From positions 392,770,001-392,834,000 of the forward strand of contig OZ024740.1 in the NCBI GenBank assembly GCA_964016885.1: DNA of 64,000 bases, read 5' to 3'. A program made the translations under genes and the position numbers. This DNA comes from Eledone cirrhosa (Eukaryota). The notes under the pieces are model-generated. The model was not told the origin of the DNA and made no database searches. It was given only the letters and a program-made list of their open reading frames with translations. How positions within the stretch are numbered: the stretch's first letter is position 1; each line of letters opens with the position of its first letter. Of the stretch, positions 14,501 to 26,742 are shown in pieces.

Positions 14501-15722
14501 TACGCAGGTATATATATATTTATGTGTATGAGGAGGGGGCATTTGTATGTGTGTGTGTATGTGTATGTGTGTGTTGCCTTCCGGCCTGCTAGAAATAGAG
14601 TCAGGTTGGTTTTCATACCCGGAATGCTTTTCTTCTTCTTTGGTGTTATAAAATTAGTATCAATAAACCTTCCTGGATATACCATTATTTCATTACTGTA
14701 CTTTTCGATTGTCCGTTTTTGTTTTTGTGTGATGTGCGAAGACACCAACCGACTAACAAACATTTCTCTTTTATATTATATATAGATATAGATATTAAGG
14801 TAAAGTAATGATATGAAAAAAAAGATTGTTGTAGGAAGCTTCAATAATATATCTAGCCTATTCAATGTTGTTTTATATTAAATTTCGCTGTTCTACAGCT
14901 ATTTCAAAGGTTGTTTAGAGACAAACTCTCTCCACTGTCGAAGTTAATTCTCTTTTCCCATTCAACAATATTTTCAAATGGAAGCATTCAGGTTCCTTAG
15001 GGCAGACAATCTATATTCTTAGAATCCCTTTACCAGATCTGGGAATTCTTGCTTTCCACAGAAAACCCAATGATACGAAATGAACAGATAGAGCAGGCTC
15101 CATTCCCTCACATCTTGTTTCAAGAATAACCTAACTGTCAAATGTGTGTCTTTTCGATTAGTAGCTTCTAATGCTTGTCTCTTATTCCCTTCAGTGATGT
15201 ACACCCTGTTTCATTTCCAAATGAACTGCTATTCATATGTGGTTTGTCATGCATCTCAATTTTCAAGGGACATCACAACACATTCCTAACGTAATTTGTA
15301 TATTCGAGCTTTTTCCGTTTCAACAGCTAACTTTATTTATATATATATGCATGCGCACATACACAAATATATATATATATATATATGCGTGTGTAGGTGT
15401 GTATAATAGAAAGGGCCTTTAAGTGACAGAATCGATGAGAGACCGCCTTGACATGTAGCGTGCCCTCAGGCTGGAGCACAGAGGTTTCCTTCTAGAAAAC
15501 ATAGAGGGGGGGGGGGGGGGGGGTGGGGAGAAGAATCAAATCAGTACTAGACTGGTACTTTCTTTATCGATTGCGAAAGGATGAAAGACAAAGTTGACTT
15601 CGGCGAGATATAAACTGAGAGCGCAGTCATCCAGAACGGATGTCAATAAATATCTAACGCTCTAGTGACTCTATCATTTCGCATTTTACACACACCTACA
15701 CATATACATACACACACGCACG

Positions 15723-15802
<80 letters not shown>

Positions 15803-15900
15803 GTGGTAGAACACTGGAAGGTAATATCCGCAGTGGTAGAACACTCAGTCCATGGAACGAGTTAGGTAGAAGTGGTTACACAACAGTTAGTTCACCATAC

Positions 15901-15938
15901 CGAGAACAATTGTTTCACCTTAGCGGATCCTCAGCTCG
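15901..15938 (-). ncRNA. Minimal hammerhead motif in a 150-bp palindrome (the mirror copy on + has G5 changed to C)
   Basis: Minus: CGAG CUGAGGA U CC gcuaa GG U GAAA CAAUUG U U CUCG. Confidence 0.7.
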
Positions 15939-16011
15939 TAATTACGAGCTCAGGATCCGCTAAGGTGAAACAATTGTTCTCAGTATGGTGAACTAACTGT
16001 TGTGTAACCAC

Positions 16012-16043
<32 letters not shown>

Positions 16044-16374
16044 GTACGTATGTTTATATATATATATACATAAATAGGACCGTTATTGCTATTTTCTGTC
16101 TACTAACCATCAGAAAATACGCCAGCCTGTACCCATAACCCCCGCCAAACAAACTATACTCACCCTCCAAATTCGGAAAATCAAACGCGAACCACACATT
16201 CTTTCATACTCGTCTTACGCAACCAGACCGTAATAGCCACTTAATGGGGAAGACAGACATTATCATGCTACAGCCGTCATATTATGTAGTTTTTATATAA
16301 TAAAGCCAAAGCTATTATTATCTCACTCTCTCTATATATATATATCCCTTTATCTACTATGTCCTTTATTTCAG

Positions 16375-16516
16375 GCGTTTGGCTAAGTCAACATTAATAC
16401 TGATCCCACTGTTTGGTGTGCATTATATCATTACGCTGCTTATTCCAGAGAACGGTGTCAGTGATCTCACTAAAACTGCTAAAACATATCTTGATCACAT
16501 CTTTAGCTCTTTTCAG
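16375..16516 (+). CDS. Class B1 GPCR exon (TM6-ECL3-TM7): RLAKSTLILIPLFGVHYIITLLIPENGVSDLTKTAKTYLDHIFSSFQ
   Basis: Hallmark class B motif RLAKSTLxLIPLFGVHY and SFQ; tttcAG and GTAAGT splice sites. Confidence 0.96.
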
Positions 16517-17001
16517 GTAAGTGTTTATTTGTTACAAAACTAAAGAGGTTAAAATATAGACAAAAATTAATACCGGCAAAGATTTGTAGTTTTTCCTATT
16601 AAAATATAACTCATTTACTATTAAAATATAACAGCTTTTATTTTATTGGCTGAGGCCTAGAAACCATAACTGTTCCCAACATTTTACCCCACAATAGCCA
16701 TTTTATTTAAACGGATTTTTTCAAAGAGTACCTCGCTACAGTTACACATTTTACAGATTATGACACAATAAAAGCAACAACCAAAAGAAGTGTTTATACG
16801 TAGAGGAGAATGGATACCCAATTGTATGTAATAATTATGTTTATAAAAAGGTACTTGAAAATTTGAATTTAACCCACAGACCGTGTGTACTGCCTTAGCA
16901 GTCCCCAAGTTGAAACCAATGGCAACCAAGACTTATCCTGATCGTAAATCTTTTAATAATGTCTTCCTTGTGAAATTTGTGGTCTTGTTTTGCTTAACTA
17001 A

Positions 17002-17058
<57 letters not shown>

Positions 17059-17067
17059 GTATGTGTG

Positions 17068-17201
<134 letters not shown>

Positions 17202-17218
17202 TAGTTTTAATATAGATG

Positions 17219-17269
17219 AGATTCTACAGGACTAGAACTGTTTCATTCTTTAGAAATCATCAGGAATCT
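17219..17269 (-). ncRNA. Type I hammerhead ribozyme motif with GUA cleavage triplet
   Basis: Minus: AGAUUC CUGAUGA U UUC uaaa GAA U GAAA CAG uucuaguc CUG U A GAAUCU; all three stems pair. Confidence 0.82.
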
Positions 17270-17493
17270 GGGTATCAAAAAATAAATATGGTATTTATAG
17301 GTCTCTTCAGGTGGTAGGAGAGGGTAGGGAGTGGGATGGGTGTAGGTCATTGGTTGATAGAAAAGGGAATTCATTAAAAGCTAATTCTTCAAAGCTATAG
17401 TTTATATTTAGAGTAACAAAGGCAGAAAAGATTCTATAAACAAGTTCAGATTGGGGTGCCACTCCTTATTTTTAAGTTTCTCTTAAGCTAACA

Positions 17494-17554
<61 letters not shown>

Positions 17555-17617
17555 GTATATGTGTGTGTATATATATATATACACACACACCCACACACAC
17601 GCACGCACACGCACACG

Positions 17618-17656
<39 letters not shown>

Positions 17657-17702
17657 GTATATATATATGTATGTTTGTATGTATGTATGTACGAATATAT
17701 GA

Positions 17703-17788
<86 letters not shown>

Positions 17789-17914
17789 TTGTGTATGTGT
17801 GTGTGTGTTTTACATACTTGAAGATATGTTTTCTTTTATTCTGTTAGACAAAATAACTAATTTTATTGCCGGAAATATTTAACTTCGATGAAACATCGCA
17901 TTTATATGTTGCAG

Positions 17915-17956
17915 GGACTAATGGTTGCCATCTTGTTTTGTTTCTTGAATGACGAG
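17915..17956 (+). CDS. Class B1 GPCR 42-nt TM7 exon: GLMVAILFCFLNDE
   Basis: gcAG and GTGAGT sites; completes the SFQG..VA...CF.N.EV signature; the 14-codon phase 0-0 exon is a conserved family feature. Confidence 0.95.
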
Positions 17957-18540
17957 GTGAGTTTAATTGATCATGGATCACTAAAAACTATCTCCATTAC
18001 TATATTAATAAGGAATGGGATTTAATTCAATCAGGTACATTCCATTTTATGAATTTTGTCTGGGTTATAATAATAATTTATCTCAAATAAGTAGTCATAT
18101 TTGTTGATGTTTAGCCAAATATCAGGTTAGACTGAGTAAACTTATAATCAACGGTACTCAAGCCATGACTACTCGGCTTTTTCTTTCGTGTTTAGAATAT
18201 CTAATACTACATTATTTAACGTATCCATTATTTTTCTAGACAGTACAATATAAGTTGAGAGAAATTTGACTGCTATTTCTAGTATGTTGAGCCCCCACAT
18301 TGAACCTCCTTGTGTCAATGTACTAGTAAATCAGGTGGAATTCACTAAAGTCTCCCTAAATCTTTTCATACGCCGTCGATGAGCTGCGGCACTAGCCGGT
18401 ATCTGGAAAATATGGGGTTCAATTCCGTATAGTGGTCGTTGGCAAATTCTTTTTCTGTCTTTTAAGGGTCTTCACCCTATTTTATGAGCTATCTTTATAG
18501 CATTTCTGCACTTGAGCACTTTCTTTATACTTATATAATT

Positions 18541-18621
<81 letters not shown>

Positions 18622-18798
18622 CTTGGGGAGGGTCATATTGTTGTAATAATATTGCCAGAAATAATAACAGAACACACTGTTTGGTTAGTTTTCGCTTCTG
18701 TATCTTTTATATAACCATAGTTAATTTATTTGGCAATCAACGTTTATCATTGACTGACCAACGGTTAAAAATACAGATATAAATATATATATATAGTC

Positions 18799-18842
18799 TA
18801 TCAAAGTTCTTTCGTTGCGCATCTGCAACATCATCAGTGGTA
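18799..18842 (-). ncRNA. Slightly decayed minimal hammerhead motif
   Basis: Minus: UACCA CUGAUGA U GUUGC agaugc GCAAC GAAA GAAC U U UGAUA; one stem I mismatch. Confidence 0.65.
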
Positions 18843-19043
18843 CTATTATGTTTCCTCCTGTTTTATTGTATGTCTACGCCATTTTAATTTTATTTATTTA
18901 TTTATTTTCTCTTGTCTCCATTTCTGCGCATGCGTTTGCGTGTATGTATAATGTTTGGTGTGTGTGTTCGCGTTTGAGTGTATGTGTTCTTGTTTTTGTA
19001 TTCTATCTTTGTTTACTAGTGTGTGGTTTGTTGTTATTGTACC

Positions 19044-19088
<45 letters not shown>

Positions 19089-19236
19089 GAAAGTATAGAA
19101 ATTATTGTGAGCGTGAAGCCAACAGTATTTCATAATATATAAGTGACTATAACGTCAAAATATATATATATATAAGTTGGTGGGGGTCTGCGCGTATTTG
19201 TGTATACTTTTCTAATGAAGGTATATTTTTACTTAG

Positions 19237-19572
19237 GTTCAAACTGAAATCAAGATGGCTTGGAAACAGAAAACAGAAAGAAAAAGCTTCCTTCGTTCAA
19301 GAACAATCACAACTTTCTCCTCATTAACAAGAGAACGACAAACAGATACTGCCACAAACGACAGTGTTAAATGCAGTATATACTCTGAAACACAATCACC
19401 AAACGCAACTTTGGATTGCGCTACGATTTTGAGCGAACAGTCTTCTATAAATGCCACCAGGAACGAATATTTGGTCTCTGACGAAGTAAATATCAGTCGA
19501 TCAGAAACAGTTGAAACATATGATTCAAGACAAGATACAGCAACTATGCATTTATCTCCAAAACATTCATAG
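19237..19572 (+). CDS. Class B1 GPCR terminal exon (helix 8 plus Ser/Thr-rich C-tail): VQTEIKMAWKQK...SPKHS*
   Basis: cttAG acceptor; EVQxEIxxxW helix-8 motif; in frame with ORF 19255..19572; TAG stop. Confidence 0.92.
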   Translation, partial: VQTEIKMAWKQKTERKSFLRSRTITTFSSLTRERQTDTATNDSVKCSIYSETQSPNATLDCATILSEQSSINATRNEYLVSDEVNISRSETVETYDSRQDTATMHLSPKHS

Positions 19573-22500
19573 AAATGACTTTAGATAAAATTTGAATCTT
19601 AGACGTTAGGTTTAAATGCTTTGTCAGTCTTAGTTGCTTTTTGGGGTATTTCTAACTTTCTTTAGACTTTCATATCATTAATCGTTTTTCCATTTTCGTT
19701 ATATTTATACCTTCTTAGCTACGATTTTCAGTTTTAAAAAGTTACATTATTATTTCTAAGTTATTTGTGAAGTTCTAGAGTTACAGGGAAATTATAATTT
19801 TTAATTTATGTAGCTCCTCAGTTAAGAAGAAATGAATAAGAATGTTTAACGAGTATTTCCTATCGGAGTTGATTTTGCATTTCCTCTCTTAAGAGATAAA
19901 GACAATCATATCCTGGATCAATTTAATTGATTGCTCACCTCAGTAATGTAAATAAAAGAAAGTTCTGTAGCAGATCATAATCGGTAGGATACCAGACAAA
20001 ATGTCTTCTAGCATGTACTTACGTCCCATTTATGTTCTGACTTCAAATTCTGCAGAAGTCAACTTTCTCCTACGTGCGAGAGCTCAATAAATTATGATCC
20101 AATAATATACTAGCAAAGGATCAATTCAATTACTTCTCTTTAAATTCGTGAATACCTGCAGAATTTCGAAATGAATACTGTAAATGAAATAATAATATTG
20201 CTTTACCAACTAATATAACATAGATAGGATTAGAATTGGGTTCCTTCTTTGAATCACATTCCAAATCTATTGCAGGTTGTCATACTGTTAATAACACATT
20301 TCCAAGTAACTGGGTTATAGAAAAATATAAAGTGTTTTGTCCATAGACAAATCGCAACTCCACCCAAATACATACACATTCACAACACATCGAAGCCGAT
20401 TCTCTATTCATTCATCCATCGTGACTCAGTTGAATAGTTTAACATGGTATCATGACTCCGTTAAATAGTTTAATATGGTTTTACGGTTTCCTTTAAAAAT
20501 TCTACAACTAATTCCATGCAACAACATTTATTAGGTTATTGTATCATCACATTTTAAATATATTTGAAATGTGAATTAGATATTGACAAGAATCGGTTTA
20601 TTGAACATCTTCCTCCTAACTGTATGTTGTTCATCATTTTATCTTTAGTTGAACGAGATGACAATGTTTTTTTTTTTTTATTTCTCTTCGTATTATCATT
20701 ATTATAATCCTCATACCATCATCAATATCGTAATAAACCTCATCTGCAACCTCAACACAAATCACTGTAATGTTATTTTTGCAGCAATCACTTTCTATAA
20801 CTTTGATTACCGTTCATTGCGTGGAAACATTTCAACTTCATTGAAGTTCAATCGAAGAACAAAACAGAGAATGTATAGAATTCAAATATATATCACTAAA
20901 CGTTTATCAATAGAATTCAGGCAAATATCGCACCACATTCTACGTTTAGCTTTGATTCAATATATGATTTATATATGAATGTATAGTATATTTGATAATA
21001 TACTGTATGTTTATTGACCGTTTGTTAACGGTTATCAAGATTGCTTATCCCTCCGCTTCTGCTGAGACTTATAGAAGCTGGATTCTTACAGAATTCCAGG
21101 GTTGTTTAAGAGCTGATTAAGCAGAGCAATGCGCGTGAAATTCTCAGCCTTTGGAATTTTCCTCGTGATATTTTGTCAACGTTCAGCAACATATATCCTC
21201 TCTCAAATTCTGATCATATTATTTTTAATACATCATTTTAAAGTAATGTAGATATTCTTGTACAATTAAATATATTCAAGACCACTATTAGGCTGCGAAT
21301 TTCCATGATAATAATTATAGTGTCGATTATAACTTCTTGGATATTTCTCAGGAAGCAATGTACTCTTTTACATATGCAAAATAAATGTATCATGAACAGA
21401 TCGTAGTCAATATATATATATACCTCATTGTGAATAACTGCATGTACAGAATTTTAACAGTTATTAGCAATTAGCAATTACAAGCTGACTTTATTAGAAA
21501 TAGAATCACCGGGTTGATCCAAATGGCTAAGATGACCGAAATAATTGGAGGTTCTAGTTAATTGGATACTGAAAAGGCTTCTGGTTGCTTTCTTTAGGTC
21601 TAGTGGAAGATTTAATTGTTAATGAAATACACGTTAACATTCGATTATACACAAAATCTTGATTCGTTTGCTGTGACTTTTCTGAGAGAACGTTCTGTAT
21701 CCGTCTTATTACTAAATTTCCGGCCACAAACATTATTTTTCAGACGTTATGATACTTGTTTTATTTATCTTCATTTGATGTTTGGTTCAAATTTAGAAAT
21801 TAGAAATAAATGATTAAATACCGAAATGCATTTTGTCAGAGGCTCCCCACTCACCACCAGTGAATGATAACAATAATCATTTCTATATTTGCCACATTGG
21901 CGACGGATGAAGGGTCATTAAAGAAAGGTAACAAAATAAATAAAACTCCTTTTTAAAAGGTTTCGTCATCGTGGTTACTGTGTTTACAGCGGAAAGATGT
22001 TTATTATATTTTTTGTTTTGTTATTATATCAAGGCAAGACGAGAATACCTTAATATATGAGTATAACATTTATTTGCAATTTTGTTATTACGGTACAATT
22101 TTGTTATCACGGCACAAATTAATTTCAAAATAGATGATGTGGTGACAATGGAGGATGGTTGTTGTTGTTTAGCCCCAGTACATTGTTGAAGCAGACATAT
22201 AATCAAAGTTATTCCAGCCAAACCATCCCGTCTGTTTATGTCTATACAAGACTTCATTATCAAACGCGTCTTTCCATTTTTAAGGCAGTAAGGGTGTAGT
22301 TTTAAGGAAATTTGGCTGCTATTTCTAATTGGGATAGCAACATGGTAGAGACTCTAACATGTAGCTGCTTAGTTAAAATACCCATTTGGCAATCATATTG
22401 TTCCAGGTTCGATCCTACTGTAGCACTATGGTATAGTTTCTTCTGCCATCGGCTCAGGTCGGTCAAAGGCTGGTGACAGATCGTAGATAACTGTGGTGGA

Positions 22501-24559
22501 TAATTTCTCCTGACGAGGACAGGGAAGGATTATAAAATACGAATGTTTTGAGTATTATCAAATATTTAAATACCCATAATATTTCCATCATTAACAGCAA
22601 CACCAATAACAACAAAAACAATAGCACTAAAATTATCAATAAAAAAATATGAAGAACAAAACGTAATTTTAGTATAACAGTAATGGCAACAAAAATAATA
22701 GCGATACTGAAAAGAAATGATTGAGAAAACGAAACTATATTTCAATATGTATGTCCAGGCACTTTTGTAAACCTCAACGTGATAACTGAAAAAAAAATGG
22801 AAGACATTCGGGCTTACGTCCGCGCAGGAGAAAGTAACACAAAAACCCCAAAGAATTATATGAACAGAAAATACAATATTTAAGCGCATTTTCAATAAGG
22901 CTTGGAAATTCACATATGACATATTGAGGGCTTAATTAAATAAATCAAACCATAAATGAATATGGTTTAGTGAATGTTATTTTCTTTCATAAAAACAGGC
23001 GAAGAAAAAATGTTATTGTTTTATGCGAGTTAGGAAAATTATAGATGGTCAGGACAGCAGCAACACCAGTAGAGATAGACCATTGGTTTGTCGTGGTTTT
23101 GTAAAAATAAATTGGAAAATTTAGACAATATTTATAAGGACAAATACAAGAACTGATAAGGACAAATACAATGAACTTGTACTTTGAGTTACTACACTCG
23201 TAAAAAGTCCAGGAGCTAAGTAATTGAGAAAATATTACAAATCTCGATATTTCATTTATGGAAACAAACATGCAAAAGATATCTTTCCGAATAAGAACAA
23301 CGTACCCATGTCTCTAATAATCAAGACATAAGCAATAACAACAACACTGAGAGCAATCCAAACAACACTGTCCGCTCCAGACTCTAAACCATCAGAAGTA
23401 GTACGAAGACTATGATCACAGGCTGTGGTGGAAGGGAATAATCTCTTCAACACCTAAACAAGCCATGCAACAAGGAAATTATCAGTTTACTAAACCTTTC
23501 TATTTAGCATATAGAAAGCCAGAATCTGCTACTTTAAACTTGAGCACTATGTCAAGCAATGAGATGGAAGAGGAGTGACAGGAGGCAGCAACGATAATAT
23601 ATAAAATAAGACTACAGTTGGTGGTTTCTGCAAGATACAAAACCACCTGTTCGAAAGAATAACGATGGATGAACTGTTGAAAAATAAAATATCATGCTGG
23701 CAAGAGGGAAACCAGGTACTTTCTAGCATATTTTAACATGTTCCTATTAACTTCAGCCATGGCATTACTGAGGTTTGTGGACGTGGTTTGATGTAGCAAA
23801 GTTACATGCTGCATGATATCGGGTCATTTGTTTTTGTAATAGCCACAGGCGAGACAAGACTTTCCAGCACTCACTGACTTACAACGACGCTTACTATTTA
23901 TTTGATCCAGTTGGGTCAAGTGTGGGAGCAGTGTTGTCACGGAAAACCATAGATCGTTTTTGTAACAACGATCTTTCTGAATACGTATGTTTAGGAACGT
24001 AAGTAGTAGCTAGTGAGCGAGATATAGACATGTCGGAAGACATGCCTATAGATATCTCGCTCATTAGCGTTTGTGAAAAATTGGATAGCAACGTAAATAA
24101 CTGGTGTAGTGTGGGAATACCGGATTGAAAGTAATATTTTAAAAGTCTTTTAGACTAATCTGGCTGAAAACGTCAGAATTTAAAGGCTGTTAACATTTTC
24201 AAAGAGTAGGTTTACTGACCATAAGTTTGTGATCCCATCAGTTAACATTGATAGGATGAGCCGACGAGAAGGCATGTACGTGGCTGCTCAACTTGTAATG
24301 AATAGCAGCCACATTCCTCTCTTACCGTCTTAGTAAATGGACATATTGGATAATGTCAACATCATGCTAAACAACAGGAAAACCTTAGCCCCATACTCAG
24401 AACTTTTATAATCGAGTGATATCAAATAGTGGGTGGGCTTTAAAAGAAAAAAAACTTAGGCCCGAATTGCTTATATCTAGTATGGAACTATCGATCTAAA
24501 TTTTTGGATTACAGAAACTATCGCTCGACAAGGTGCGACTTGCAGGGAAAATTAGTCTT

Positions 24560-24900
24560 GGCCAGGAAGTGTTGATATCATCAGACCGTGTCTTCTGTTC
24601 ATTGGGTGTTTCGTCCCTGAACCGTAACACGCTCTCGCTGGTGGGTTAACATTTTTGGCCACATTGTTGCCTATCTTTTCCTCCAGTCTTCTAGTTTATC
24701 CCTTCTCTCCTTCTCCAAAGCCAACACGAGGTCCTTTGTTCTGCTTACTGTTATTGCAATGGAAGTGAGCATTCTCCATACTGAATGAGTCGGGAATCTC
24801 CTGCAGCCCACCTCTACTGGAAATAACCATGCCTGCCAACCTTTCTTCCTACACTCCTGCACACTCTTCTTCCCACAGGACTGTCAGTTCAATCAGGATT
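24560..24900 (-). mobile_element. RLE-type (R2/Hero-like) LINE 3' fragment
   Basis: IELTV.WEE and GWQAWLFPVEVGCR.F motifs of the PD-(D/E)xK endonuclease C-terminus. Confidence 0.7.
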
Positions 24901-25130
24901 AATTATCTTTATATATATATATTTAGGAAAATGTTCAGGACCCAGACAGCAGAGCTCAAGCCGTTTCGACGGCTTATTCTGGACTATTCTGAGTCCAGAA
25001 ATAGTTGTCGAAACGTCTTGAGCTCTGCCATCGAGGTCCTGAACATTTTCCTATTACCCACTCTACTACCCAAAGTATCGAGTACTCTGGTGCGTTATGG
25101 TCCACCTGGTTCCTTACCACACTTCCTTCG

Positions 25131-25200
<70 letters not shown>

Positions 25201-25284
25201 GGGGGGGGGGAGAAGGTGGAATTGGAAATAGCATGGAAAATATATTTAAGAATCTTTTCTTCTTTTTTTCTTCTTTGATTGGTC

Positions 25285-25821
25285 AAAGTGATATTGAAAA
25301 AAAGAGAAACACACGAGATCATTAAAAGTAAAAGGCAACCCAAATCACTAAAACACATTATCACTGGAACAAATATATACAATCCAATCTCCAACCTTAC
25401 GGTAACAAAATGCGCGGGAGAACAAACTGTGGCACATGCCTATACTTAATTGAAGGACAAAAATTCACATTTGAAGATGGCCAAACTTTTATAATGAAAA
25501 ACAACTTCACTTGTAACTCAGAGAACCTGATCTACGTAATCACATGCGGTGGCTCTCGGCATAACTACATAGGACAGACGGGTGTATCATTACGCAAAAG
25601 AATGACCATCCATCGCCAACAAATTCGAGACGTAAACACCAGAAAAATCACCTTAAGTAGCCACACTGCAGATTGTGCAAGAATGACCCTACCCAACTGT
25701 AAAATCTTTCCCCTTTATAAGTGCTAGGATTCTTTCACACAGCAACAAAAAATAAAGAAAGAAAAACTATTTATTAACAAATTTGAACCAAAATTTAATA
25801 TATAATCACCCCATTAGATTT

Positions 25822-25889
<68 letters not shown>

Positions 25890-26160
25890 ACACACACACA
25901 CACACACCACGAAATAAAAAAGAAATTGCTGATACACATATTTTCCAAAACTTCCTGATTGAAAGTCATCACTGATGCTTTGCTCTGTTTTTTTAATTTC
26001 CCACCACAAAAAGACCCGTGACAAACAAACTAAAGCACACAGACACACATACACACTCACCACACTACAAAAACAAACAAATATATATGTATATATATAT
26101 ATCTGTATATACATGTGTCCCCCAAAATATTCCTCTTAGTTTTGATCCCTTCACACTTAC

Positions 26161-26204
<44 letters not shown>

Positions 26205-26690
26205 TTATATACACACTCACACATACACACTCATACCCTCTAAAACTATATTCCTAAAATAGAATTTCGTTTGTCAATCCCATTTTCCTCTCTCCCCTAA
26301 AGCATTTCCCCCAATCGTCACCCACATCTGAACTTTTCACCAATCCTTTAACACAATTGAGACTATTCCTAAAAATAATTTTGTTCTGTGAAAAAACTAC
26401 CAACACTACTACCACTACTACTACTACTACTACTACGAATACCTCTCTCTATATATAAGGCTCCATTTTAGACCCAGTGTTAACAACAAGAAAGATGAAC
26501 AGATCTTTTCAACATTTAATTTTATATTCTTTTATTTTTTATTCTGTTTTATTCCTGTTAATTCTTTTTAATTGCATTATTCAACACTTGATAAGATGGT
26601 TCACATTGATACACCGAAACCGGTTATATTTTATATACATTATAAAACTCTTTTTTTTAAAATTGTTCCTCTCATTTTTACAATAATGTC
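25285..26690 (+). mobile_element. Penelope-like 3' fragment (GIY-YIG and 3' UTR) related to the 44-46 kb family
   Basis: IIKSKRQPKSLK, CGTC, NLIYVITC...YIGQTG..LRKRMTIHRQQ; CA-rich UTR; hammerhead-like remnant near 26590. Confidence 0.85.
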
Positions 26691-26742
26691 ACTTTGACGA
26701 ATCAAAGCAGAAAAAAGAAAAACAGATCCTTAAATATATTTT

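Noticed and set aside
22507-22530. ctgacgaggac, a hammerhead-like start
   Set aside because: No stem II partner and no GAAA strand
22700-23700. Possible piggyBac transposase relic (FRQY-like words); similar hints at 54100-54700
   Set aside because: Too decayed to support by eye; needs tBLASTn
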